A stretch of 64,000 bases of DNA from a bacterium (GTDB lineage Bacteria > UBA8248 > JACPRG01 > G963555815): NCBI GenBank assembly GCA_965261595.1, contig CBDHDG010000006.1:1696001-1760000 (forward strand). The letters are read 5' to 3'. Below are positions 29,714 to 40,424 of the stretch, one piece after another. Each line of letters opens with the position of its first letter. The first letter of the stretch is position 1. A program made the position numbers and the translations under genes. A model generated the notes under the pieces. The model ran no database searches, was not told where the DNA came from, and worked only from the letters and a program-made list of their open reading frames with translations.

Positions 29714-31951
29714 TCAGACCCGTTCACCCGCCGGCCTGAACCCGAACTGATCGCGCTCGGTTGATTTCCGCTGACCAGGCGCGCCTTTCATCCGTTCGGC
29801 CTTCAACACCCCCTGGATGCCGTTCAGCGCCCGAAGCACCCTCTCCAGATGACTCAGGTCGTGGATCTGAATCCCCAAACGGATGGTGGCCCCTTCTCCC
29901 TCCGGCCGGGTGTCGGCATGCATGTGGCCGATATTGGCGTCGCTCTCGGCGATGACCCCGCTGATCTGGGCGAGGAGGCCCTTTGCGTCCACGGTTTCCA
30001 GGTGTAACTCCACGGTGTGCTGGCCCTCGGTTTCCGCGTCCCACTCCACTTCAACGCGCCGTTCGGGCTCGTAATCCATCACGCTGACATTGGGGCAGTC
30101 GGTCATGTGGATGGTCACCCCCCGGCCCCGGGTGATGAATCCGACGATGGGGTCCCCCGGGACGGGATTGCAGCATCCGGCGGGCCGGACCAGAACGTCC
30201 TGGATGTCCTTGACTTTGACGCGGCTCGAGTCCGCCGGGCCGCCTGTGAGAATCCCGCCCTTCTCCGCCGCCCCCGCCGAGGCCTTTTTCTTGGGTAGCG
30301 ACTGGATCACTTCCGGGGGCAACAGCTTCGCCATCACCTGTCCGGACGCGAGGCGGCCGAAGCCGACCGCGAGGATCAGGTCCTTCGCCGAGCTCAGGTC
30401 GAGAGCGCTGGCGGCGGCCTTCAAGCTCTTCTCTTTGAGCAGGCCGTCCCGGGCGCTTTTTCCGTAGCGGGCCGCCTCCTTTTCCAGGATCTCCCGGCCC
30501 AGCCCAAGGGCGCGTTCCGTCTCCTCGGTCCGCAGGAAGGCGCGGATCCTGTGCCGCGCGCGGCCCGTTTTGACGAATTTCAGCCAATCCCGGCTGGGCT
30601 TCCGTCTGAGAGAGGTGATGATTTCCACGATCTCGCCGTTCTGCAAGGTCCGCTTCAGGGGGACCATCTTTCCGTTGACCTTGGCGCCGGCGCAGTGGTT
30701 GCCCACATCGGTGTGGATCTCGTAGGCGAAATCCACCGCCGTTGCGTCTCGCGGCAATTCAACCACCTTGCCCTTGGGCGTGAAGACGAACACCGCTTCC
30801 TGGAAGAGGTCGGTCCGCAGGGTATGGAGGTACTCCTTCGGATCCTGGACTTCCTTTTGCCAGTCCAGGAGCTGCCGGAGCCAGTTGAACCGCTCGTCGT
30901 CCTTCTCCTCCGCCGGCCGGCCCTCTTTGTAGAGCCAGTGGGCGGCGATGCCCGCCTCGGCCACCTGGTGCATTTCCCCGGTCCGGACCTGGAACTCCAC
31001 CCTGTGCCCCCGCGGGTCCAGGACGGTGGTGTGGAGCGATTGGTACTTGTTGGCCTTGGGCAGGGCGATGAAGTCTTTGAACCGCCCCGGAATGGGCATC
31101 CAGAGCGAGTGGATGGCGCCCAGGACCGCATAGCAGTCCCGGACGGAATCGGTGATGATTCGAAGGGCGGTGAGATCGTAAATCTGCTCGATGGAGACGT
31201 TCTGGGCGATCAGCTTTCGGTGGATGCTGGGGATGCTTTTGGTCCGGCCCATGACGCGCACGTTCAGTTCGGAGGCCTTGAGCTCGGACTCCAGCGCCCG
31301 GGCGACTTCTTCCAGGTAGGCTTGGCGCTCCTCCCGGCTGGCGGCCAGGCGGCGGCTGATGTCTTCGTGTTCCGCGGGGTGAAGGAATCGAAAGGCCGAT
31401 TCCTCGAGCTCTTCCTTCATCCAGCCCATCCCCAGCCGGTTGGCCAGGGGGGCGTAGATGTCCGTTGTCTCCCGGGCGATGGATTGTTGTTTCCCGGGCC
31501 CGTGGAATTCGAGGGTCCTCATGTTGTGAAGACGGTCCGCCAGTTTGATGATGATCACGCGGAGGTCCTGGGACATCGCCATGAGCATTTTTCTGAAGCC
31601 GTCCGCTTGACGCTCCTGGGCGCTGGTCGCCTCGATCCGGCTGATTTTTGTCACCGCGTTCACCAGCTCGGCCACCGTCTCGCCGAACATCCGGCGGATT
31701 TCCTCCGGCTGGGTGTGGGTGTCCTCCACCGTGTCGTGCAGCAGCCCGGCCGCCACGCTCGTGGCGTCCAAATGAAGATCGGCCAGGAGGCCCGCCACCT
31801 CGAGGGGGTGGGACAAGTACGGCTCGCCGGAGAGGCGGACCTGTCCCCGGTGCACCTTGGCGCAGTAGACGTAGGCCTTCCGGACGAGGTCGAGGTCCTC
31901 TTCCGGCAGGTAGGTCTCGAGTTTTCCGATGATGTCTTCGAGGCGGATCAT
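29714..31951 (-). CDS. spoT: Bifunctional (p)ppGpp synthetase/hydrolase (long RSH with TGS and ACT domains)
   Basis: HD hydrolase motifs (HDTVED, KLADRLHNMRTL), synthetase YQSLHT, TGS (DFAYEIHT), CCNPVPGD and ACT. Confidence 0.95.
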   Translation of the reverse strand: MIRLEDIIGKLETYLPEEDLDLVRKAYVYCAKVHRGQVRLSGEPYLSHPLEVAGLLADLHLDATSVAAGLLHDTVEDTHTQPEEIRRMFGETVAELVNAVTKISRIEATSAQERQADGFRKMLMAMSQDLRVIIIKLADRLHNMRTLEFHGPGKQQSIARETTDIYAPLANRLGMGWMKEELEESAFRFLHPAEHEDISRRLAASREERQAYLEEVARALESELKASELNVRVMGRTKSIPSIHRKLIAQNVSIEQIYDLTALRIITDSVRDCYAVLGAIHSLWMPIPGRFKDFIALPKANKYQSLHTTVLDPRGHRVEFQVRTGEMHQVAEAGIAAHWLYKEGRPAEEKDDERFNWLRQLLDWQKEVQDPKEYLHTLRTDLFQEAVFVFTPKGKVVELPRDATAVDFAYEIHTDVGNHCAGAKVNGKMVPLKRTLQNGEIVEIITSLRRKPSRDWLKFVKTGRARHRIRAFLRTEETERALGLGREILEKEAARYGKSARDGLLKEKSLKAAASALDLSSAKDLILAVGFGRLASGQVMAKLLPPEVIQSLPKKKASAGAAEKGGILTGGPADSSRVKVKDIQDVLVRPAGCCNPVPGDPIVGFITRGRGVTIHMTDCPNVSVMDYEPERRVEVEWDAETEGQHTVELHLETVDAKGLLAQISGVIAESDANIGHMHADTRPEGEGATIRLGIQIHDLSHLERVLRALNGIQGVLKAERMKGAPGQRKSTERDQFGFRPAGERV

Positions 31952-32030
31952 GTGCGTTTCATGGACCCCCGGCCTGTTGTATCCCGCCAACCGGCCGGGC
32001 GGGACGGCCGGGTCGGGTCGGTCTCCCGGG

Positions 32031-32258
32031 TCAAAGCCGGCTCCCCGCGCCGGGTTTCCGGCGGCTCGACGCGGAGGCGTCTTCTTCGTCGTCCCTGGAA
32101 GGGGTGACGTCGATTTCGCCGGATTCCTTCATGGTCCGCTTGAAGCCTTTGATGGCCTTCGCCAGACCGGAACTCACTTCGGGCAGCCGCTTGCCGCCCA
32201 CCAGGAGGAGGATGATTCCCGCGATGATCAGGATTTCAAACAACCCGAAGCCCATCAT
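32031..32258 (-). CDS. tatA: Twin-arginine translocase TatA/E subunit
   Basis: Single TM helix followed by GGKRLPE...LAKAIKGFK amphipathic helix. Confidence 0.85.
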   Translation of the reverse strand: MMGFGLFEILIIAGIILLLVGGKRLPEVSSGLAKAIKGFKRTMKESGEIDVTPSRDDEEDASASSRRKPGAGSRL

Positions 32259-32665
32259 TCGCCGCCACCTTGAGCGTTGAGCAAACCTCCCCGTCCCGCG
32301 ACACCAGCGGTTTCGCGGGACACCACCCCATGTTCTGACGATAGGTCCCGAAGGCCCGGAATGTCAAGGAAATCAGGGCGGTGAGTCAGCGACAAGCCGG
32401 TGACTCACCGCCCTCAGGCGCGCGTTCAAAGGTTGTGGGCGGACGAGACGCCGAAGGGAGGGGAGGGGGCGGGGAAGGGGGGCGATGAACGGGGAGGCCG
32501 AATCGATGTTCTGTCCGCGCCCAGCGGGAGTCGCGGCGCGGCGGGGGCGCTCCGCCGGGTCCGCAAGCCGATTGGAAGGACGCGTCTTTCGGATTTCTAT
32601 CAGAAGATGAATCCGGATGATTCACACGGGCGGGGCCGGGTGAATCATCATCATTCCGTCCGCTC

Positions 32666-35600
32666 TTACTCCAGGCGCACGGTCCGATCGCCCAGGAGGT
32701 CCTCCACGCGGTCGAGCATCTCGCCCGAGGGGTCCACGCGGAATTCGGGGAACCGGCGCGATTCCCGCCGCCGGCCGAAGTCGAACTGGAGGGACAGCGG
32801 GAACGGACCCCGGTGGTCCTCCAGGATCTCTTTCAGGTCGATCATCCGGGCGCGGACCAGCTCCCGGCTCTTCCCGGCCACCGGAATGCGAATCAAGACG
32901 CCCCCCCCCCCCCCCCCGCCCGCCGACAGGGCGGTGATCTTCTCGGCCTTGATGGTGACGCTGCTTTCTCCCTGCTCGGCCGTCCCGGCGAGCAGGATCG
33001 GCTCCTCTCCCTCCAGGAGCGAGGCGGAATCGCGGTAGCAGTCGGGAAACACAAGCACCTCCGCGAACCCCTCCAGGTCCTCCAGGTTGAAGCGGGCCAT
33101 GAGGTCGCCCCGCCGCGTGCTTTGGACCTTCAACCCGGCCACCAGTCCGGCCATCCGGACCTTCTGGTTTCCGTTGCCCTCCCCCAGACCCGCCGTCGAG
33201 ACGGTCGTCAAAAGTTTCAGCTCCCGCCGGAACCGCGACAAGGGGTGGCCCGTGATGAAGAAGCCGAGCGCCTCCTTCTCCTGATGCAGCCGCTCTTTTT
33301 CGTCCCATTCCGGCGCCGGGGGCAGGGGGGGGGCGGCGTCGGCCCCGCCGGCCGCCTTCCCCGGGAACAACTGAGACTGGCCGGTGATCCGATCCTTTTG
33401 GTCCTGCGCCGCCCTTTCCAGGGCCGGATCCAGGACGGCCAGAAGCTGGGCCCGGTGGCCTTCGGTGGAGTCGAACGCGCCGCATTTGATCAGGCTTTCG
33501 ACGACCCGGCGGTTGACGTTCCGCAGGTCGATTCGCCGGCAGAACGAGAACAGGGAGACGAACGGACCTTCCTCGCCGCGCGCCCGGAGGATTTCGTCCA
33601 CGGCGCCGCCGCCGACGTTCTTGACGGCCGCGAGACCGAACCGGATGCCGGCCGGGTGGACGGTGAACCGCTTGCCGCTTTCGTTGATGTCGGGCGGCAG
33701 GACCGGGATGTCCATCTCCCGGCATTCGGCGATGTTCTTCATCACCTTGTCGGTGTTGTCCATGTCGCAGGTGAGCAGGGCGGCCATGAAGGGGCGCGGG
33801 CGATGGGCCTTGAGGTAGGCCGTCCAGTAGGCCACCAGGCCGTAGGCGGCGCTGTGAGACTTGTTGAACCCGTAACCGGCGAAATGGGCCATCAGCTCGA
33901 AGATGCGTTTCGCCTTGTCCGGCGGGACCCCGCGCTCTCCGCATCCTTTCAGGAAGTTCTCCTCCTGGCGCGCCATCTCCTCGGGCTTCTTCTTGCCCAT
34001 GGCCCGGCGGAGCAGATCGGACTCTCCCAGGCTGAACCCCGCCAGGGCGGCGGCAATTTGCATGACCTGCTCCTGGTAGAGGATGATCCCGTAGGTCTCC
34101 TTCAGGATCTCCTCCAGCGCGGGCAGCTCGTACTGGATGGGCGCCTTCCCTTGCTTGCGCCGGATGTAGTCGTCCACCATCCCGCTTCCCAGGGGACCCG
34201 GCCGGTACAGGGCGACGGCGGCGATGATGTCCTCGAAGGTCGAGGGTTTCATCTTTCGGAGGACCTCGCGCATCCCGCGGCTCTCGCACTGGAAGACGCC
34301 GGCCGTGCGTCCGTCGCCGAAGATCCGGAAGGTCTCCGCGTCGTCGAGCGGAACCCGCTCGATGTCGAACTCCGGCGCCCCTTCGGTCTCCCCGTCCCCG
34401 GCGCGGATCATCTCCTCGGCCTTGCGGATCACCGTAAGCGTCCGCAGTCCGAGGAAATCCATCTTGAGCAGTCCCAGGGACTCCACGTCGGTCATATCGA
34501 ACTGGGTGACGGTTTCGCCGTTGGCGCCCCGGGCCAGGGGGACGAGCTCCATCAGGGGCCGGGGGGCGATGACGATTCCGGCGGCGTGGGTGCTGGCGTG
34601 GCGGGAGAGCCCCTCCAGGGTGCGGGCGGTGTCGATGAGACTCTTCACCTTCGGGTCGTTCTCTTGCAGCTCCCGCAGACGGGGCTCCTCCTTCAGGGCG
34701 TCGTCCAGCGAGATGTTGAGCCGGCCCGGGACGAACTTGGCGATCCGGTCCACCTCCCCGTACGGCATGTCCATCGCCCGCCCCACGTCCCGGATCACAC
34801 CCTTGGCCATCATGCTTCCGAACGTGATGATCTGGGCGACGTTCTCGCGGCTGTATTTCTCGTTGACGTACTCGATCACCTCGTCCCGGCGTTCCATGCA
34901 GAAGTCGATGTCGATGTCCGGCATGGAGATGCGCTCGGGATTCAAAAACCGCTCGAAGAGCAGGCGGTACCGGATGGGGTCCAGGCCGGTGATTCCGGTG
35001 CTGTAGGCCACCAGGCTCCCCGCCGCCGAGCCCCGGCCGGGTCCGACCGGGATGTGCTTCTTCCGGGCGTGGTCGATGAAGTCCCAGACGATGAGGAAGT
35101 AGCCGGAGAACCCCATCTTCCGGATCATCTCGAGCTCGAATTCCAGCCGCTCGTCGTACTCCGCCCGGGAGACCCCCGGCGCGGGGCCCGCCGCCTCCAG
35201 GCGGCGGGCGAGGCCGTCCCGGGCCAGCCGGGCGACAAAGTCGTCCAGGCTGCTTCCGTCCGACGGCTCGTACTGCGGGAGGTGGCTCCCGCCGAACTCG
35301 ATCTCGAGGTTGCAGCGCTCGGCCACGTCCAGGGTGTTCCGAAGGGCTTCCGGAAACTCCGGGAACACGGCCGACATCTCCTGGGGGCTCTTCACATAGA
35401 GCTGATCGGTTTGAAAGCGCCAACGGTTCGGGTCGTTGATCGTCTTGCCGGTCTGGATGCAGAGCAGGATCTCGTGGGCGAAGGCGTCGCCCGCCTCCAG
35501 GTAGTGGCAGTCGTTCGTGGCGATGACGGGGAGGTCCAGCTTCTTGGCCAGCTCGACAAGACCCGGCAGGACTTTCTTCTGCTCGGCCAGACCGTGGTCC

Positions 35601-36139
35601 TGAAGCTCGACGTAGTAGCGGCCGGCGAAGCGCTCGGTGTACCAGCGGGCGGTCTGCTCCGCCCGGGCGGCGTCCTCGTTCAGGAGGCGCTGGGGGACCT
35701 CGCCGTTGAGGCAGCCGGTGGTGGCGATGAGACCCTCGGCGTGCTCCTCCAGAAGGTCCCGGTCGATGCGGGGCTTGTAGTAGAAGCTCTCCAGGTGGCT
35801 TTTGGTGACCAGGGAGAGGAGGTTGCGGTAGCCCGTCTCGTTCTCGACGAGCAGGAGCAGGTGGTTCAGGCCGACGGCGCCGTCGGCGGCGGGGGGTGTG
35901 CGGTCGAACCGGCTTCCCTGGGCGATGTAGAGCTCGCAGCCGAGGATGGGCCGGATGCCGTTCGCCCGGGCCTTTTTGTAGAACTTGATGGCCCCGAACA
36001 GGTTGCCGTGGTCGGTGACGGCCAGGGCGGAAAGCCCCTGGGCCTTGGTCTTGGCCATGAGGGCGTCCAGGCGGTTGGCCCCGTCCAGCAGGCTGTACTG
36101 CGTGTGAAGGTGGAGGTGGGCGAAATCGGCGTGCTTCAA
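32666..36139 (-). CDS. dnaE: DNA polymerase III alpha subunit
   Basis: HLHLHTQYSLLDG PHP domain, GRGSAAGS, PDIDIDF, YGFNKSH. Confidence 0.98.
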   Translation of the reverse strand: MKHADFAHLHLHTQYSLLDGANRLDALMAKTKAQGLSALAVTDHGNLFGAIKFYKKARANGIRPILGCELYIAQGSRFDRTPPAADGAVGLNHLLLLVENETGYRNLLSLVTKSHLESFYYKPRIDRDLLEEHAEGLIATTGCLNGEVPQRLLNEDAARAEQTARWYTERFAGRYYVELQDHGLAEQKKVLPGLVELAKKLDLPVIATNDCHYLEAGDAFAHEILLCIQTGKTINDPNRWRFQTDQLYVKSPQEMSAVFPEFPEALRNTLDVAERCNLEIEFGGSHLPQYEPSDGSSLDDFVARLARDGLARRLEAAGPAPGVSRAEYDERLEFELEMIRKMGFSGYFLIVWDFIDHARKKHIPVGPGRGSAAGSLVAYSTGITGLDPIRYRLLFERFLNPERISMPDIDIDFCMERRDEVIEYVNEKYSRENVAQIITFGSMMAKGVIRDVGRAMDMPYGEVDRIAKFVPGRLNISLDDALKEEPRLRELQENDPKVKSLIDTARTLEGLSRHASTHAAGIVIAPRPLMELVPLARGANGETVTQFDMTDVESLGLLKMDFLGLRTLTVIRKAEEMIRAGDGETEGAPEFDIERVPLDDAETFRIFGDGRTAGVFQCESRGMREVLRKMKPSTFEDIIAAVALYRPGPLGSGMVDDYIRRKQGKAPIQYELPALEEILKETYGIILYQEQVMQIAAALAGFSLGESDLLRRAMGKKKPEEMARQEENFLKGCGERGVPPDKAKRIFELMAHFAGYGFNKSHSAAYGLVAYWTAYLKAHRPRPFMAALLTCDMDNTDKVMKNIAECREMDIPVLPPDINESGKRFTVHPAGIRFGLAAVKNVGGGAVDEILRARGEEGPFVSLFSFCRRIDLRNVNRRVVESLIKCGAFDSTEGHRAQLLAVLDPALERAAQDQKDRITGQSQLFPGKAAGGADAAPPLPPAPEWDEKERLHQEKEALGFFITGHPLSRFRRELKLLTTVSTAGLGEGNGNQKVRMAGLVAGLKVQSTRRGDLMARFNLEDLEGFAEVLVFPDCYRDSASLLEGEEPILLAGTAEQGESSVTIKAEKITALSAGGGGGGGVLIRIPVAGKSRELVRARMIDLKEILEDHRGPFPLSLQFDFGRRRESRRFPEFRVDPSGEMLDRVEDLLGDRTVRLE

Positions 36140-36169
36140 CGAGGGGCGTCCTTCCGCGAAGGCGTTCGC

Positions 36170-36490
36170 TTACTCATGCTCGGCCGAGCGGATCCGGGCG
36201 TAGAGGCCGATGTCCCGGTATCCCGGAAAGCCCTCGGAGAGCCGCTCGAACTCCTCGGTGGAAATGGCCGTCCGGATGGATTCGGTCGATTCGAACACGG
36301 CGATGTTGACCCACCGCTCCGGGTCGTCGAGGCGGCGGTACAGGTTTGTCCGGATGAACCCCTGCGCGCGGCGCATGTAATCGGTGAGCCGGTCCCACTG
36401 CTCCAGGTACACCTCCGCCTCGACCTCGGGGACCGTGATGACGTTGATCATGAACACCGCGCTATCGCCCGCCCATAGGTACGCGTTCAT
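36170..36490 (-). CDS. Antibiotic biosynthesis monooxygenase (dimeric alpha-beta barrel) family protein
   Basis: VFMINVITV...QGFIRTNLYR...WVNIAVFES pattern; about 100 aa; start uncertain. Confidence 0.75.
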   Translation of the reverse strand: MNAYLWAGDSAVFMINVITVPEVEAEVYLEQWDRLTDYMRRAQGFIRTNLYRRLDDPERWVNIAVFESTESIRTAISTEEFERLSEGFPGYRDIGLYARIRSAEHE

Positions 36491-36557
36491 TTCCTTCCCC
36501 GTGCAGTGAATTTCCTCGGAACTGCTTCCCGGGCGCTTTCCCCCGTTTCCCTCCAGC

Positions 36558-38126
36558 TTACTCCCATTCTATCGTACCCGGCGGCTTCGAGGTGATGTCC
36601 AGGACGACGCGGTTGATCCCCCTCACCTCGTTGATGATCCGGTTCGAGACCCGGGCCAGCCACTCGGCGGGCAGGCGCATCCAGTCGGCGGTCATGCCGT
36701 CCAGGCTGGTGACGGCCCGGATGGCCACGGCGCTTTCGTACGTGCGGTCATCCCCCATCACGCCGACCGTCCGCACGGGCAGGAGGACGCAGAAGGTCTG
36801 CCAGGCCTCCTCGTACAAGCCCGCGCTTCTCACCTCTTCCAGGAGAACGGCGTCGGCCGCGCGCAGGACGGCCAGCTTCTCCCGGGTGATCTCCCCCGGG
36901 ATTCGGATGGCCAGGCCCGGGCCGGGGAAGGGCTGGCGCGTCAGCACCTCGCGGGGAAGCCCGAGCTCGGCCCCGATCTCCCGGACCTCGTCCTTGAAGA
37001 GCTCGCGGAAGGGCTCGAGGAGCTTCAGGCCCATGTGTTCGGGCAGGCCGCCCACGTTGTGATGAGATTTAATGGTGGCTGAGGGGCCTCGGAAGGAAAC
37101 GCTCTCGATTACGTCGGGGTAGAGGGTCCCCTGGGAGAGATGGGTGACCGGCGTAGGGCAGGGCCCTCCTGCGCTTTCACGCTCGGCCTCCTCAGCCACC
37201 ATTTCGAAGACTTCAATGAAGACGCGGCCGATGACCTTCCGTTTCTTCTCGGGGTCGGTCACGCCGGCCAGCGCTTGAAGGAATCTTTCCGTCGAGTCCG
37301 AAAACTTGAGGCGGAACCCGAACTTTTCGCGGAACATGGCGAGGACGTTGCGGGCCTCGTCCGTTCGCAGAAGGCCGTTGTCCACAAAGACGCACGTGAG
37401 CCGGTCGCCGACGGCCCGGTGGATGAGCGCGGCGGCCACGGCGCTGTCCACGCCCCCCGAAAGCCCCAGGAGGACGCTCCCCCCTTCTCCGACCTCCTCT
37501 TGGATCCGGCGGATGGCCGTCTCGATGAAAGAGGACATCGTCCAGTCGGGCGCGCACCCGCAAATCTCGAACAGAAAGTTCCCGACGATGGTCTTGCCTT
37601 TGGGGGTGTGGACGACCTCGGGATGGAACTGGAGGCCGTACATCCGCTTCTCCCCGTTGCGGACGGCGGCGATGGGGGCGTTGGCCGTTTCGGCGATCAC
37701 CTCGAACCCCGGCGGAGGGGAGTCGAGCTTGTCCCCGTGGCTCATCCAGACCGGCGTGGGGCTCTCCAGGCCGCGGAACAGGTCGGCGCCGTTCACCAGG
37801 GTGAGCTCGGCCCCGCCGTACTCCCGCTTCGCCCCCGGGTGGACCTTTCCCCCCAGGTGGTGGGCCATGAACTGCAGGCCGTAGCAGATCCCCAGGATGG
37901 GCACGTCCATCTCCAGGACGGCCGGGGGGCAGGGGGGGGCGTCGCTCTCGTACACGCTGAAGGGGCCGCCGCTGAGGATCAGTCCCTGCGGCTCGAATTT
38001 TTCTATGTCCCCCAGGGCGGCCGTGCAGGGGAGGATCTCGCAGTAGACGCGGTGCTCCCTCACCCGCCGGGCGATGAGCTGGGTGTACTGCGAGCCGAAA
38101 TCGAGGATGAGGACGCGGGAGGTCAT
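36558..38126 (-). CDS. guaA: GMP synthase (glutamine-hydrolysing)
   Basis: LDFGSQYTQLI, GICYG, QFHPEV, SGGVDS, IKSHHNVGG, KPPGTIEWE. Confidence 0.98.
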   Translation of the reverse strand: MTSRVLILDFGSQYTQLIARRVREHRVYCEILPCTAALGDIEKFEPQGLILSGGPFSVYESDAPPCPPAVLEMDVPILGICYGLQFMAHHLGGKVHPGAKREYGGAELTLVNGADLFRGLESPTPVWMSHGDKLDSPPPGFEVIAETANAPIAAVRNGEKRMYGLQFHPEVVHTPKGKTIVGNFLFEICGCAPDWTMSSFIETAIRRIQEEVGEGGSVLLGLSGGVDSAVAAALIHRAVGDRLTCVFVDNGLLRTDEARNVLAMFREKFGFRLKFSDSTERFLQALAGVTDPEKKRKVIGRVFIEVFEMVAEEAERESAGGPCPTPVTHLSQGTLYPDVIESVSFRGPSATIKSHHNVGGLPEHMGLKLLEPFRELFKDEVREIGAELGLPREVLTRQPFPGPGLAIRIPGEITREKLAVLRAADAVLLEEVRSAGLYEEAWQTFCVLLPVRTVGVMGDDRTYESAVAIRAVTSLDGMTADWMRLPAEWLARVSNRIINEVRGINRVVLDITSKPPGTIEWE

Positions 38127-38716
38127 ACGGCCGTCCCTTCCTCATCCGTCCGGACCCGCTCCCACTCCCGGATGTGCCGGCCGAAGGGGAACTCATGGCC
38201 GTACATGTGGATGTTGAAGCCGAAGTAACCCGCCGCGATGACGCCGATGAGCGACCGGGAGAACACCGTCCCCGCCTCGGGAAAAATCAGCGGAGGCAGC
38301 CCCAACCCGACCAATCCCAGGGCGGTGTAAACGATGGCGTAGTTGTACCGGTAGATGCTCTTGCGGAACGGCTCGAACTTCCCCATCCGGGTGTGGTAGT
38401 GCAGGACGGGATAGTTCTTCTCGTGATAGACGACGATGTAGGCCGCGACCATGCAGGCGTACCGGCTGAACCGGAGCTGGCTCAGGCTGAACGTCCCGAG
38501 GATCACGAGGAGCAGGGTGGATTTGTATTCCCAGGGCAGGTTGGGGGCCCCCTGCACCAGGAAGCCCATGACCGCGCCGAACACCGTCAGGGCGAACGTC
38601 ATCATCGTCACCCGCTGGCTGTTGAGGTGCGCGAAGGCCGACCGAAGCGACTTGTACTCCTCGACCTCCCGGTACTTGCGGAAGATTCGGTCGATGTCGA
38701 CGCCGTCGAGGTTCAT
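38123..38716 (-). CDS. Hypothetical membrane protein (about 4 TM)
   Basis: Four hydrophobic segments, host-like codon usage, stop overlaps the guaA start (ATGA). Confidence 0.7.
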   Translation of the reverse strand: MNLDGVDIDRIFRKYREVEEYKSLRSAFAHLNSQRVTMMTFALTVFGAVMGFLVQGAPNLPWEYKSTLLLVILGTFSLSQLRFSRYACMVAAYIVVYHEKNYPVLHYHTRMGKFEPFRKSIYRYNYAIVYTALGLVGLGLPPLIFPEAGTVFSRSLIGVIAAGYFGFNIHMYGHEFPFGRHIREWERVRTDEEGTAV

Positions 38717-38810
38717 GGTTTCACCGCAGTTCCAATCGAACAAATGAGATCCCGAATGAGATTGGGGGAACAGGTCGATGAAGTTCCCGATAACCTTCGA
38801 GTCTCGGTTC

Positions 38811-38893
38811 GGGGCGGGTGCAGAGCCCCGCCCCTACAAGAAATTCTCCGCGAGAATCGAGAACATGTAGGGGCCGGGCTCCGTACCGGCCCG
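38811..38893. repeat. Pair of GTAG-type REP-like palindromes in opposite orientation
   Basis: Minus strand GTAGGGGCGGGGCTCTGCACCCGCCCC (38811-38837) and plus strand GTAGGGGCCGGGCTCCGTACCGGCCCG (38867-38893). Confidence 0.72.
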
Positions 38894-38919
38894 CCTGTTC
38901 TGTCATTGGATTCATCCCG

Positions 38920-39764
38920 CTACGCTCCCCCGCCCACTTCGTGATAGAGGCGTCCCACGCCCTCGTCGAAGAGGATCTCGTACCGCTCGTGGAACGCGTC
39001 CGGGACCGACTTCCACCGCCGGTCGTAGCGCACATCGGCCCGTGTCTCCGCCTCGGTCATCCCTTTCCCGACGCACCCGCGCACCCGGTCCATCAACTCG
39101 ATGATGTCCGCCCGCAGGGGCGAAACGGCACCCTTGTCGCAAAGTTCTCCGTGGCCCGGAACGATGGCCGCCACGTCCATCCCTTCGATGAAGTCCAGGC
39201 ACGCCAGCCAGTCCCGCCCGACGCCCGAGTGGAGCAGGGGCGGCCAGTCCACGACCACGTTGTCGCCAGGCAGGAGGACTCCGGCGTCGGGGACGTATAC
39301 GAGGGTCTGGCCCCCGGTGTGGCCCGGCTTGTGGATGAGGCGGATCTCCCGGCCCCCCGGCCGCAGGGTCATCCCTTCGTCGTACGTTACGTCCTGGAGG
39401 GTGACCTCGTATCCCTCCAGGAGGGGCAGGCCCTCCTGGTCCATCTTCTCCATCAGGCCCCGCCAAAAATCGAGCGTTCCGACGCCCTCGGGGGTGTCCC
39501 GCCGGGTGAGGGCGTGGGAGACCTTGAGGGCGCCATGGAAGAACCAGTTGCCGCCGGCGTGGTCGCCGTGGTGCTCGGTGTTGATGAGGACCTTCACCTC
39601 CCCCCCCCCCCTCCCAGCGCCGACACCGCTTCCTTCCACGCCACCGCGTGGCTGGGGCACATGGGCGGGTCGATCAGGACCAGGCCGTCGTCCGTGACGA
39701 TGCAGCTGTTGTTGCAGCCCCGGTAGCCGGTTTCCGCCCAGACGCCGGGCGCGATTTCCTTCAT
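38920..39764 (-). pseudogene. MBL-fold metallo-hydrolase, frameshifted at a C12 run
   Basis: MKEIAPGV...GLVLIDPP in one frame, LINTEHHGDHAGGN...PGHT...LPGDNV...PGHG in another; junction at the C12 run 39600-39611. Confidence 0.82.
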
Positions 39765-40417
39765 CGGGCGCGCTCCTGGAATGAGGGCGCGCCCCCCCCT
39801 CCGGCCGCCGAGAGGGCCTCGCGCAGCGCGTCGACGAAGGCCAGGCCCCGGCGGGTGAGGCGCCCCCCCGCCCACGTATCGACCGACAGGGGGGCGACGA
39901 GCTGGGTGCGCAGCCCCCACGTGACCTCGATCTGAACGCCCGCGTCGCGCGGAAGGTTGACGACGTTTTTCCGGTGAAGGCCCATCAGCCTCGGTGCGAA
40001 CCGGACGGGGACGCCCCGCCGGATGAGGGCGTCCATGACCATCTTCCGCAACGGCATGTTCCGGCCTCCCGGGAAGACCCAGGGCGGGGCGCCGTCGTGT
40101 CCGTGGATGGAGAGCGCGACGCGCGCGCGCCTCGCCAGGGCCACGCACCGCGCCTCGTCGAACCGATGGCTCGTCACGTGATGCAACCTCCCTTTTTTGG
40201 GGACCAGGGACCGGAAGGCATAGAAGCTAAACGCCTCGCCGGCCACGGCCCGGGCCAGGGCGTCCGTCCCCGGCTCGATGGCCCCGCCGTGCACGGCCAG
40301 GACGGCCACGGGGGAATCCCGCTCGATCGTCTCAATCTCATAATCCACACCTTCCCGCTCCCCTTCCAGGAGGGCCGTCATCGTCGGGTAGCTCCAGATC
40401 GCTTCGTCCTCGCTCAT
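39761..40417 (-). CDS. Poly-gamma-glutamate hydrolase family (DUF867/PghP-like) protein
   Basis: [29 protein letters not shown]...GVQIE motifs. Confidence 0.8.
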   Translation of the reverse strand: MSEDEAIWSYPTMTALLEGEREGVDYEIETIERDSPVAVLAVHGGAIEPGTDALARAVAGEAFSFYAFRSLVPKKGRLHHVTSHRFDEARCVALARRARVALSIHGHDGAPPWVFPGGRNMPLRKMVMDALIRRGVPVRFAPRLMGLHRKNVVNLPRDAGVQIEVTWGLRTQLVAPLSVDTWAGGRLTRRGLAFVDALREALSAAGGGGAPSFQERAR

Positions 40418-40424
40418 GCGTCCG

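Noticed and set aside
32622..36478. Very long alternative-frame or antisense ORFs (933 aa and 1221 aa; likewise 10449-12491, 12985-14592, 30551-32107, 41565-43799)
   Set aside because: Shadows of real high-GC genes, with no domain motifs of their own.
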